Shown piece by piece: positions 24,684-36,727 of a DNA stretch of 64,000 bases. The translations under genes and the position numbers were made by a program. The stretch comes from Catajapyx aquilonaris (Eukaryota), in NCBI GenBank assembly GCA_000934665.2, contig JYFJ02001553.1, forward strand, positions 1-64,000, written 5' to 3'. A model generated the notes under the pieces. It was not told the DNA's origin. It saw only the letters and a list, made by a program, of their open reading frames with translations, and searched no databases. How positions within the stretch are numbered: position 1 is the first letter of the stretch; every line of letters begins with the position of its first letter.

Positions 24684-25067
24684 GCTGCGTGAGCAAACGA
24701 TATTGAATCAGTTCAACTATAACATTGGAAACGCAGTGGTAAAATGTAACGAAAAACCAATATTCATACACACCTTTGTTCTGCTCCCAGAAGTCCACTG
24801 ACAGCACGTGTTCCAGAATTTTCAGAACAGGCGGTCGGCATAACAACGATTCCGTTATGTACCCGGCTTCCCCGTCCCACTAGGGATGGGGCCAAAATCA
24901 CGTTACTCTTTAAAATCACTAATATTTGAAAATCACGGTTCACTTGTAGCGCGGGGAACATCGGCCCTGATGGACCCACTTCAGCAGCTGTATGCAGCGA
25001 GTGACGCCACCATAATATGTACATCCATCTTGAATTGTAATATTTTTAATAGTACAGTACATGTTAA

Positions 25068-26263
25068 TTACGCATCAGCGGATGTAGACTCTTCATGTGT
25101 CTTAAGATGAATGGTGAGCGTCCGCTTTCGGGCAAATCCCTTCGGACACTTCGGACACTGATGTGCTTTTTGTCCCGAGTGGGTCACAACATGTGCGTTC
25201 CTGTCGCTTCTCTGGGCAAACTCCTTCCCGCACTCGGGACACTTGTAGGGCTTGAACCCGGCATGTGAACGTCGGTGCGTGACCAGATTTGAGTTTGTAC
25301 GGAAGCCCTTACCGCACTCATCGCATCGGTATGGCCGTACATCAAGGTGGACCCGAAGATGCAAACGGTAGTCGGATGGGCGGACAAACGCTTTTCCGCA
25401 TGTCTCGCACACATGCTCTCGTTTGCCTAGATGTCGTGCCTCGTGGAATTTCAGCCCGTGCTTGGTGGTCATCGAGCGTCCGCAGAAACGGCAGACGAAC
25501 GGATCAGCACCTGTAATGAGCCGGCAATTAGCAGGCGACATGTTACATATTGTGAGTACTTGCCTGTGTGTGTCCGCTTATGCAGAACCAGCGCATCTCG
25601 CCGCAAAAAAGCCTTTCCACATGTATCGCACTCGAACTTCTTCTCCCCTGTGTGCACCGGAAGATGCCTGGTCAGCTGGTTCTTCCGCAAGAACGCCTTC
25701 CGACAGTACGGGCATGTAAACGGCTTGATCCCAGCATGACCCAGCTGATGGTCGACCAGCGACTGCCTCGATACAAACGCCTTGTCGCACTCGCTGCACT
25801 TGTACGCCTTCTCCTCCCGATTGTGCGTACGCTCATGCCGACGCAGATTCCCACGCTGTACGAAACACTTGGAGCAAACACGACATTTGTATCGTGCGTC
25901 CCCCAAATGGTACCTCTCGTGAACACGTCGCTTGTAGTAATTCGGGAACGTCTAATTGAACAAAACGTGTGAGTAACATCGCGTGATATGGACAGTCGGA
26001 TTCACCTTGAAGCAGAAGCGGCAGTGGTTGGCTGCGGCTGGCACCGCATGTCTCTTAAGCTCATGTGCGGCGCAGGCTGCTCTCCGGCGGAACAGCTTCG
26101 GGCAATGCAGGCAGCAGAACTTTGACTCCGAAGCAGGCTTCTCCTCCTGCGGCTCAGGCTTCGGATGCGCTTCCCTCTGGTGCGTGATCAGGGCCCACTT
26201 GTACAAGAATTGCTTCTCGCACTCACCGCAACGGTTGACAGTTTTCTCCTTCAAGCGCTTCAT
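25068..26263 (-). CDS. Tandem C2H2 zinc-finger protein (12 fingers); 5' end uncertain (may extend to ~26490)
   Basis: Exons ~26265-26006, 25951-25564, 25510-25068 with HTGEK/AGIKPF-type linkers. The last intron is GC-AG. Confidence 0.88.
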
Positions 26264-26599
26264 TGCTGAGAAGTACGAACAATGCATTTAAGTCAGTATG
26301 TCATCGCAATGTACAGCGAATAATTATTGCGCCTTCACCCGCTTTTTTAAAACTGTCTTCGGCAGTAGCCTGAAGCCTGCTCTCACTCAATTGCTAATTA
26401 CTAATTAAGATGAATAATTAATAGTGTGTGACATGAAATTGAATGTCCTGGCAATATACAGACAAATTATGATTAAAATACATGCCATCACTTTCTCTTT
26501 CAACTGCCCACCGCTTCCTAAATGAGCCACGAACCCACCTGTGGCCACTGCAGCATTAATTGGCTAATTAATTAATTAATTGCCCAAAATTTTATGACA

Positions 26600-26720
26600 G
26601 AAAAATTCTTCGCGTCCAAATTCAACGGCCATCTTGCTCGTCAAGTCACGTGATGACAACCCTCATTTCTGATTGGTCCGATTTGAAACATGGCGGCGGC
26701 CATCTTGCTACTCTGTAGTT
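26600..26720. promoter_or_regulatory. Bidirectional promoter between the zinc-finger gene and PHAX
   Basis: GCCATCTTG and ACATGGCGGCGGCCATCTTG (YY1-type, both orientations), E-box TCACGTGA and CCAAT box (GATTGG) between divergent genes. Confidence 0.55.
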
Positions 26721-26922
26721 GGCTACACTGCAAAAGCGAACATTAGGCCTTATTTGCACAGTAATTAGATTTAATTCAGTGAGTCAAATTATACTGAATA
26801 TTTTTTGAATGTGGCTCTGTGCTAATTAGTGGTTAAATTATTGTTCCTTTAATATGAGAGGGGTCGATATGGCAACATTGCACGTTCGGCCAAAAATAAA
26901 TAAAAAAGAATAAAATAAAAAA

Positions 26923-28706
26923 ATGGACGCCGAAGAAGGAGAGCTGATGGATTCATCTGCTGAGAAAACAGCGGCTGGCGACTCACCCGAAGAGGTATCA
27001 CCCTTACAATTAGCACCATCGTATTCCTTATTATTAAATCTATAATATGCATAGGCTTTAATGATGATACGTTCTCGACAAATAACAATTAGAACGGATT
27101 AGAACAATGAGAGCATCATTTTGTTGCAATTTAATTTTAATTAATTTCCAGCATGATATGTTTGAGTACAATCCGCAACCACGGCCTGACACTAAGGGAT
27201 TCACCGGACCTTTCCGAGCGGCACCGCAGCCTGTTCACTACAGCGATTCGGATGAGCGTCCGTCTGAATCGGATACGACAGACACGGACTCGGACTCAGG
27301 GATTCCGCGTAAGAACCAGAAGCGGAATCCAAAGCCGCCCGTTGCGACTCCGAACAATGCGGAGTTCAGTACGATGGCGGCAGAGTTCCAGCAGACACGC
27401 AAGAAGAACAACGTCTGGAGCAGCATCATACAGGAGGAGGTGTTGTCGCAGGAGATGATCGGCATCGGCGTTGGGAAGTCGAGGAGGAAGGGCGGACGCG
27501 ATGTGGAGGACTACGATTACATGTTGGCGCACTCACTGGACAACACCGACGATGGTAAGACCTCATGGTAAATTCTGCTGTACAAATATGTGACGAGCAT
27601 GATCCAAACAGATGACGAGGAAGAAATGGCCGATGACGGATCCAGTAAGGACGATAAGATGGAGGATGACGAGAGGCCAACAGGTGCGAAAGGTTTCGGC
27701 CAATTCCGCGGCCGCAAGCGAGCCAACTGGCAGCGAAAGGCTATCAAACGCAGACCACAAAAGGCGGACGTCCCGTTGACTCTTCAGGACCTGAAGGTGA
27801 CAGCGGACGACACTCCTGACGACATCGCGATGGACATTGCCAACAAACTGTTCGAACCGAAATCCGATCTAATCAGTAAGTTACATATTGATAGTATGAA
27901 ACAGGATTACTAATTACATAACAATTTCTGTACAGAACGAGTGGTCGACATTCTTGGGAAGCAAACAGCAATGAAATTGTACAAGGACACGAAAGATATC
28001 GAAGACGCCGGCGGAATTATGGTTGTGGTAAGTACTGCGTTCGTTTTGACGGAATTATGGTTGTGGTAAGTACTGCGTTCGTTTTGACGGAATTATGGTT
28101 GTGGTAAGTACTGCGTTCGTTTTGACGATAATGCGATTAACTTTTGCATCCAATAGAACGGATCACGGCGACGGACACCGGGTGGCACATATCTTCATCT
28201 GGTTAAGACGAATCCGGATCTGTGCATGGATTCGGTTCGGAAAGTGTTCGCGGATGAGGTGAGGGAAAAAGAAGCGTTTAGAAGGAAGAATCAAGCTTAC
28301 AGGAGGCGGCAGAAGGCAATAGAGAGGGTGCGGCATCTTCCCAACGATGATCCGCAGAATTTACCAGCGCCAGAGGACACACGTTAGTAATTACGTCACA
28401 GTACGTCGGGTCTCACGTAATTAATGGCAATGTTTTAAATCTGCAGTTCCTCATCTGCCGACTAGAGAGGAGCTGTTCCTGAGTGATGTGCTGGAAACAC
28501 GGAAGTTCGTAGTGCCCGACAGTGACGGAGAAATCCAGTCGGATGAGGATAACATTGTGAACAAGTGCGAAGAAGCTGCAGTTCCAAGCGTAGAAACCAA
28601 GAGACTGAACAACACGCCCGAGAACTCTCAAGACGGGTTTTCAAATGAAAAGAAGAGTCAAGATGAGGACTTTCTTGAAATCACTTTTAAAGACGACCTC
28701 TTCTAA
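26923..28706 (+). CDS. PHAX: Phosphorylated adapter RNA export protein
   Basis: Exons 26923-26994, 27152-27554, 27612-27875, 27936-28027, 28157-28382, 28447-28706. Motifs EEGEL, KKNNVWSSIIQEE, RDVEDYDY and the RNA-binding domain IEDAGGIMVV/NGSRRRTPGGTYLHLVK. Confidence 0.93.
28012..28125 (+). repeat. Perfect 3 x 38-bp tandem repeat spanning the PHAX exon 4 donor
   Basis: CGGAATTATGGTTGTGGTAAGTACTGCGTTCGTTTTGA at 28012, 28050 and 28088. Confidence 0.95.
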
Positions 28707-30774
28707 AGCATTGTGATAAATATATGTGTACCGTTGATGAATTTGCATACCTATAGTTAGTGTGCAATTGCGGGGATTGTCCGAAAGGGCCATGCAAATT
28801 TTATCAAACTAATCACAGCGATGCAAACACCACCCCCACCGAAGGGAAACTCGTTGAGCAAATAGCTAGAGTGTAAGCGAGGCAAAATTGCATGGTATGA
28901 TTCATTCGCGTGTGATCATAACGTTGTTAAAATATTTTTCTTTTGAAGTACCCACTTTTTGTTTCGTCCTTTTTTTGATGCAAGTGTTTTTTTAAAATCG
29001 TAACATGAACTCGTTAGAGCCTAGATTTTTGAGCGCTGTATAATAATTGTACAGTTGATTTGATAAGGACAATACTAAGCCACTGCAATCAAACCACCTA
29101 ATTAACAGTAAGTCATGTAAATAGATTTTGAACCGAATAGTAATAGTTCAGTAGAGTTTATGCAATGCAAAGTGACTGCGAGTTACCACAGCGTGACTCG
29201 AGTTTTTTTTTTCCTTTAATTATTATGAAATCGATATGTATTACTCGATATGTAGTTTAATGTGTTTTTTCTGCTTTCTAGTTTCTTTTTGAAGCAAACT
29301 TGTTGCAACATTTGTAAATCAGACGTAATGTTTGTCTCGAATCATCTGCCAATATTATTTACGATTACGAGTTACTTTGCCGCAATTGTATGAACCTGAA
29401 CGATGAAAAGTTTAATTTTGAGTAACGTAAAGTGTAATGGGATCATTGTTCTGATAGACTCCTTTCGTTCTAAAGAGTTGTCGTTATGCTTTTTTTTTTT
29501 TGTTATTCTATTAATTAATATTAACGAGTTGCATAGGCCCAATTGTATGAACAAGTATGATGAAAAGTTTAATTTCGTGTAACGTAAAGCATGAAACATC
29601 ATTTTGCGTAACGTAAAGTACGATGAAAAGTTTAATCAAGATAAAGTGTAATGAGATAATTTTTTCTTTGTTCTTATTATTCAGCTTAGTGTCGTTATGC
29701 TTTTTTTTGTGATTAAATTTATTTAATGTTACCTTTTGTAATCGTTTTGTTTTTTTCTGCGGAAGTGTCTAATTGACTGTTGCGAGTGCAGATAAAGGTT
29801 TTAACAGGTAACGATCATGTATTGTTCAGATGACGTTATTTTGATTCTGCGACTGTAATTATTTTGTCAATTTGTTTTCTTGTCGCGCATTGTATTGTAC
29901 TTGACGCAATTTATAAAAAATTGCATATGCATGAAACCATATGATTTTACATGTATCCCATACGCATTGTCTTTCCCCCCCCCCNCCCCCCCCCCTCCGA
30001 AATAGAAGAATGCAGATGATGCAGCGACCAACTACTGAGGTCACCTGAATGCGGCACGGGCACAAAAAGATCTCCATAAAAAGGTCAGAAGAAGCCGCAG
30101 TCGGTGTAAACAACATTTCTTTTTCACGCCGCAGATGATGGTCGGCGTGTAGCTCTTCTTTTTTTAAAATATGTGATCATGAATTCCATGCGGGTCTCCT
30201 GCGGTGAGATGAGACGACTCAAGGCCCCCTCTTCCACAAAGGGGAATCTGATGACCTCCTGACCTCCCTCGGCAGTCACTTGTCCATCAAACATTCCCCT
30301 GGCAGCCACAGGATAAAAAATTGAGCCAACTCCCCCAGAAGTTGACTGCAACTTTAGTTGACATACCGAATTACTACCAGTGGCTGATTGGATCTACTGA
30401 AAAGGTCAAAGGTCAAACGATGGGTTGTTTTGAAGGCATGATTTTGCAACATTTTTGTAGCCATTCTTGCTATGTTGTAGGTATCAAGGTCAGCATTTTT
30501 TGTTTAAAAATATTCAACAAAATATTGGACATCCGCCATCCAAGAGGTCAAAGGTCAAACAACGGCTGCTACTGGCAAATTTGTTGGGGTCAGATATTTT
30601 ACGACCTCATTGTTGTAATTAGTACCAATAAGGTCAGCATTTTTAATTAAATTTTCTCATCACAATATCATGTCAGTCCGATTGTCCACCCCCAGAAGAG
30701 GTCAAAGGCCAGAGGATCTACTTCGCTCCATTCACAACCAGTGGTAATTAAGCGATTAACAATATGGACTCTTC

Positions 30775-31470
30775 CATCACCGTAACCCGCAGGCCTAGAA
30801 ATTTTTAAGACAATATTAACAAGATGGAGTCTCCCCACCACCGTAGACCGCAGGACTAGAAACAAAGTTTCTTAAACAACATTAACAATATCGCCTCTGT
30901 ACCACCACAGACCGCAGGCCTAGAAAAAAAAGTTATTTGAAAACAATATGACCAAATATACAGGGTGGTCCAAGTTCAAGTGTCGTTTTATAACGGCGAT
31001 TAATAGAAGCGCTTAACGATGACGTAGCAGCGACGTGTAAAATTTCCCACTTCGATTGCGCCGAAGTGGGACATTTTACGCGTCGCTGCTACGTCATCGC
31101 AAAATCACTGCTATTAATCGCCGTTATAAAACGACACTTGAACTTGGACCACCCTGTATGATCTCGCCACCACCGTAGACCGCAGGCCTAGAAATAAGGT
31201 TTTTTTTTTTAAAAAAAATAATGTTAACAATATTAGCAATATGACCTCGTCTCCACCAGCGTTAGAGTCCACACGCTTAGGGGGAAAAACAATATTAACA
31301 AGATGGCCTCTCCACCGTATGCCGCAGGCCCAGAAAAAATTTAAACCATATTAACAATATTAACAAGATAGCCTCTCCACCGTAGACCGCAGGCCTAGGA
31401 AAAAAATTCAACCAATATTAACAATCAATATGGCCTCTCCACCACCGTGCACCGCAGGCCTAGAAACAAA
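30775..31470. repeat. ~60-bp degenerate tandem repeat
   Basis: CACCGTAGACCGCAGGCCTAGAAA...CAATATTAACAAGATGGCCTCT repeated about 8 times and interrupted by a MITE. Confidence 0.85.
30961..31156. mobile_element. 196-bp Tc1/mariner-type MITE
   Basis: TA|CAGGGTGGTCCAAGTTCAAGTGTCGTTTTATAACGGCGATTAATAG ... exact reverse complement|TA; terminal inverted repeat of about 46 bp. Confidence 0.9.
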
Positions 31471-32379
31471 GTTTTTTTTCTATTTTTTTTCAGATAAAAA
31501 GGGGGATATGAGCGGACACATTGTCTTCTCCCCTCTGGCCATACACCGTACGGTTTCTCCCCCCGTGTATATAATTGGTGGGCGTGAAAACTTGGCAAGG
31601 ATGAGGATCGCCAGCCTGGGTTGGTTGGTTGGTTGGGAGGCTGGAAAGAAGAAGAAGAAGAAGAGCTTGTGCCATGTGGTGGTGGGGACCTAACCAAAAG
31701 AAAGTGTATATAGTGGCGGTGCATGCCCGAGGTGTGTTCAGTGCGTCGTCCGCCGGCGCATGGACACCACCACCGACATGATGAGCAGTAGTCTCACCTC
31801 GTCGCCCCAACCATCCCAATCGGATCCGGACACTCGTCCGGGACACACCGGATGACCTAGGTGTCCGGACAACAACTACTGACCAGTAAGTTGTGGGTGG
31901 GTTGTCCACTCCAGCAACTACACTCGAATCATATATTATGTGTATAGGTTGCTGGGGTCAACAACATATTTTTTTGGAGGGGCCAAAATGTGTTATCGGG
32001 TGGTGATCGGGGCGGAACTGTTTCTGGCAGGGGACATGGAAAGAAAGGGATATTAATAATACAAAATATTTTTGCGGAAGGAAAATAGTGAGATCATAGA
32101 GGTAGATATGGACTTTTAAAGATAGAAAAAGGGGAACCCGAAGCGTTATTTTTCGAGCATGATCGCGGTACTTTCAAAGAAGTGTGTCGAAGGTGATGAA
32201 GTGACCTTGACCTCTGGGCGCCTTTATTACCAAACTTTTATTTTTGTTTTAGTTATTTTTTAAATATTTGTGCGTGAACATGACGGAAAATGTACCGACG
32301 AGTACGTTCCGTTGTAATTTTATTACTAAATGTCATACTGCGTCACACATCATGTCGATAATTAACGCAAACATTTATT

Positions 32380-33270
32380 TATCTACTTATTTTAATCAGC
32401 TAATAGTTTTGCTAATTATTACTTGTTAATTGATTTTAATGGATACTATTTGTTGTTCATATTTATTAATGGATGCCATTTGTTGATTAATACCATTTCT
32501 AATAGTTATTTACTTTATTAATAATATTTCATTTTTTCTTTCATTCGTGACGATTATTTTATTTATTAATAATTTAGTTATTTCTTTAAAATTTAATTCA
32601 AGTAGCCTATGATTCAATCATTAATTATTTTAATACTTTAATAAATTATTGTAATTGTTTGATAATTTTAATAATTTAATTTTAATACTTTAATTATTTT
32701 AATGGTTTGATAATTTTAATTTTTTAATTATTTTAATGGTTTGATAATTTTAATCCTTTAATTATTTTAATGGTTTGATAATTTTAATAATTTAATTTTA
32801 ATAATTACATTAATTATTATAATTAAATTATGAATAAACAAATAAATTATTAAAAATAATTTATCAATAAACAAATAAACCATTTATTTGCTTATTAGTA
32901 ATTTATTTGTTTATTAATAATTTAATAATTTTAGTAATTTGATTTTAATAACGTCATTTTTGCTAATTAATTAGGTTACCGTAATCTAATTATTTTAATA
33001 ATTTGATTTTTAGTAATTTCATTTGACATTGAATAATTTGATTTTAGTAATTTCATTTGTACTAATTTACATTGAATAATTTAATTTTTAATAATTCGAT
33101 TTCTGTTTATCCATTTAATTGTTTTAATCATCAATTTTATTTAATGATCTAATTATTTGTGTAACAATTTACTTATGTAATAATACGTACTTATTTATTT
33201 AATTATTAAATTTGAAAATTAATTAATATGCATATCGTATTGATGGTTTATTGATTAATATATTTTTATT
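32380..33270. repeat. Extremely AT-rich low-complexity tract
   Basis: TTTTAATAATTT-type repeats with almost no G/C. Similar tracts at ~40100-40900, 42240-42900, 52440-52810 and 53720-54420. Confidence 0.85.
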
Positions 33271-34380
33271 GCGTCTCTCTGAGCATAGACACTGATTAAT
33301 GACCTTATTGGCCCGCTTTTTTTCTCTCTCTCTATAATATGTTTGTATTCGATGCAAGGTTTATATGATGAATGGGAGTTTATTAGTACGTGTGCTCATA
33401 CAAATATATGAACCCAATACGTACGGTTCGGAGTATTAATAAGCACGGTTCGGAATGAATGGACATGTGCGACACGTCGTTGCCCTGTTATGACGGTGTG
33501 ACCTATTTAGGACCGTGGGAAAATAACTATTTTGTGTACAGTACACGTACCACAAAAAAGTGCGTAGTAAACACGAACATGACCCCCCGTCCAGCTGTGC
33601 CCCAATGTGGCTCCACCCTATTGGACAGAAAAAATTTGGGTGCGTACCTTTTCCACAAAATATTCTTAAAGGAAAAAAAAACATGCAATTTTCTCATCCT
33701 ATGGGTGCGTCCAACACTTATGTAAAAAAATTTCGGTAATTAGAATGTTTAAAAGAAGAAATTGTAGTGTTGCGCAAGTACAAGCAGATGGGAAGTTTCC
33801 GGTTGTATTTATTGCCCCCCCCCCCCCATCCCCCAAAAAAACCAAATTTGGGGACATTTTTATGAACATCCGGATGCAATTTTTAGCTTTAAAAAATCTG
33901 GGTTTTGGAAGACATTTTGGCCTATTTTGGGTGGTGGGGGGGGGGGGATTCCAAAAGTGTTAAGACACAGTGGGGGTATGGGCTTTAATCAATGGACCTG
34001 CATTGTCCTCAAAAATTAATTAATCACCCGCATCGTAAGTACAGTACTTGCAATGTCTGCAGCTGAAGCAACATCCAGCTGAGGTCGTATATGAAGAAGA
34101 AGAAGAAAAAAAAGGACCCCCCATAGACCAGCCCCTTTTGACCTCGAATTTTCCGCAGTCCAGTCCGAGGCATCCGATAACCATACATAGGTTGTTTTTC
34201 CCTTCCATGTTTATTTTCGGTTGGCCCCCGTGCCCAAAACCACACACTATAGAAACTCAACATGACACTCATTAGAAATTTATTTACTCAGACCTTTCTG
34301 GGGGGGGGGGGGGGNGGGTGGGGGGGGGGGGGGGGGAATAGGCTCAAATTGCTCAAATTTACGTCGGTGGAGGCTTTGCT

Positions 34381-34990
34381 GGATTCAAAATGGCGTCGAT
34401 TAAATATGGCCGCCGTAATGTGGACTCAAGATGGACGCCATAGTGAGTGGATTCAATATGGCGTCGATTGAAGATGGACGCCACCGTAATGTGTGGACTC
34501 AAGATGGACGCCATAGTGAGTGGATTCAATATGGCGTCGATTGAAGATGGACGCCGTAATGTGTGGACTCAAGATGGCCGCATAACGGGTGGATTCAGTA
34601 TGGCGTCGATTCGATGTGGACGCCGTAATGTGTGGATTCAAGATGGACGCCACAATGGGTGGATTCAACATGGCCCTCGTAATATGTCGATGTGGATTCA
34701 ATATGGCGTCAGAATGATTTCCGTCCTCGACGTGATGTACTCATTCGTTGTCGTCGATCGTCGTCGGTGGCCCCTGCCAACCGCACTAAAACTACACATA
34801 CTGTACGACACTCTTAGAAATTTATTTTGTCTAATTAGCCCTTTTTAGAAAAGAAAAGAAAAGTGGCCCGCCATGGGTTCAGATTGCGCTAATTTCGATG
34901 CATATCTTTGCTGGATTCAAAATGGCGTCAATTCAATATGGCCGCCGTAATGGAGTGGATTCAAGATGTTGTTGGATTCAAAATGGCTTC
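34381..34990. repeat. Array of YY1/Pho-like motifs in two duplicated blocks downstream of the acidic gene
   Basis: About 20 copies of (GGATT)CAA[AGT]ATGG[CA]CG at ~20-bp spacing in 34381-34712 and 34912-34990. Confidence 0.8.
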
Positions 34991-34997
34991 CGGAATT

Positions 34998-36614
34998 TTA
35001 TTTCCGTCCGCGACGGGCCCTCTTCGGCGACGGAGTGTAGTACTCATCCTCTTCCTCCTCCTCCTCGTCAACGTCGGTGTCGTCGTCGTCGTCGGAGGTG
35101 TCGTCAGACGACAACTCGTCGTCGCCGCTCCAGCCTGACAGGGTGCTTGGTGAGGGCTCTTCCTCGTCGTCTTCGGATTCCTCTGAATCGTCGGAGTCCT
35201 CGTGGTTCTCGTCCTCGGACTCATTGTCGGACTCGTCGCTTTCCAACGACGCTGCTGATGAGTTGGCAGAATTATCATGTTCCTCGTCGTCCTCCTCTTC
35301 TTCATGTTCGTCGTTTTGATGCTCTTCCTCGTCGGACTCACTGCCATGGTAGCCTTCGTCAGCAGCATATTCGTCGTCTTCGTCATTGGCATCCTCATCA
35401 CCGTCGTCGTTGTCCTCACTGTCATCGCCACTTCCCTGGTGATCATTGTCGTCGTCGCCTGCTTCGTCGCCGTCACCGTTGTTCCCGTCGTTCCCGTCGT
35501 CTTGTCCCGTATTACCCGCTTCGTCCGATTCACCGTGATCGTCGCCGGCGTCGCCGTCGCCATCCCCGTCGCCTTGATCCCCACCGTCCTGCGCATTGTC
35601 CTCATCGTCGTTGTCCGACTCATCGCTGTCAGTCCCATCTCCCTCGCCGTCTTGTTCCGGCTGCAGCGCCAACGTCGGTCCCCTCTGATGGGTCAGGGAG
35701 GAGTGACGTCGTTTGACCCCTGTTTGACCCGCGCCACTGTCGCTTTCGGACTGTCGCTCGTCCAGGCATGTGTACACGAGCTCTTTGATCTGATCGACGC
35801 TCAAGTGTGACCTACCCTCGACTTCTGACACCCTGATGCTCTTGCCACTTACCGTCACCTGCAAACCATAATTAACAAAATAATGTTGTTATAGGACAGT
35901 CCATCATTCGATACGTCTAACTTGTAAGTAGACTTCGGTACGTATGTCGTTACGTGTATAAAGCAGACACCGATTATGTCGTTACCGGTACGTGTAAGTA
36001 GACGTTGATGACGTCATTACACGTCTAAGTAGCTGTAAACTGCAATTACTTCGTTACAAGTAGACGCCGATTATGTCGTTACGTGTAACCTAGCGTGTAA
36101 CTCACTAACTGGTGTACGTATACGTAACGTAGATGTAAAAAGTTCTAGGCAGAAGTATCAGCCGTAACGTAGACGTACGGTAATTAAGTAGGCGTAACGT
36201 AGGCGTAACATATTTGTTCGGACAAATGTCAGCTGAGTTATTTTATACGCAGTCCTAAGTCGTTAGACTGTAACGTCTACGTAGCGTCTAAAATGTATAA
36301 CTGTATAAGTATACGTACATGTACATATATTATCTCGAGTTCTGGTGTGGATTCCAGAAGGTTTGCTATCCGATCCTTCCATTTCTCGGTGACCTTTACC
36401 TCCCTGAGGTTGATGTCTACTGGGGTCAGGTCGTCCCCATCTTTCCTGGACATCATCTGGCTTTTGATCCGACGTGTGTACGTCACTTCGTAGGCGTCTA
36501 TCAGTCGCCACTCAGACTGATCCATGATCGTCTCTGTCGGATTTTCTGAAGCTGAAAAAAGATGGTACAGAGTAACACCGGTACACCCAAAACCGAAGAC
36601 GTCAACTCACCCAT
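34998..36614 (-). CDS. Uncharacterised ~364-aa protein: ~110-aa N-terminal domain, very long D/E tract, C-terminal TPSPKRARRGRK (NLS-like)
   Basis: Exons 36614-36611 (ATG G|GTGAGT), 36551-36319, 35858-34998 join in frame: MASENPTETIMDQSEWRLIDAYEV...LEIIYVH/VTVSGKSIRV... Intron 1 is 59 nt, a typical size here. AATAAA on the minus strand at ~34820. Confidence 0.75.
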
Positions 36615-36727
36615 CGTGATGGCCCTGGAACAACTTGTTGACTAATTCGCTGCGACCATGGTAACACGACTGCTCCATTGTTGTCCTTTTTGCTCGAATT
36701 ATTCATCGGGTTTTTCTCGACGTGAAT

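Noticed and set aside
30124..31909. Short ORFs at 30124-30351, 30668-30865 and 31490-31909 as a further spliced gene
   Set aside because: Could not be joined into a consistent frame with credible splice sites, and no motif was recognised.
33966..33972. CACAGTG heptamer as a Transib/RAG-like left terminus for the HMG cassette
   Set aside because: No extended matching inverted terminus or 5-bp duplication found on the other side; a 7-mer is expected by chance.
34898..35810. Long Arg-, Thr- and Val-rich ORFs (34898-35716 +, 34961-35638 -, 35277-35810 +)
   Set aside because: Alternative-frame shadows of the GAC/GAG-rich acidic exon; no independent start or splice support.
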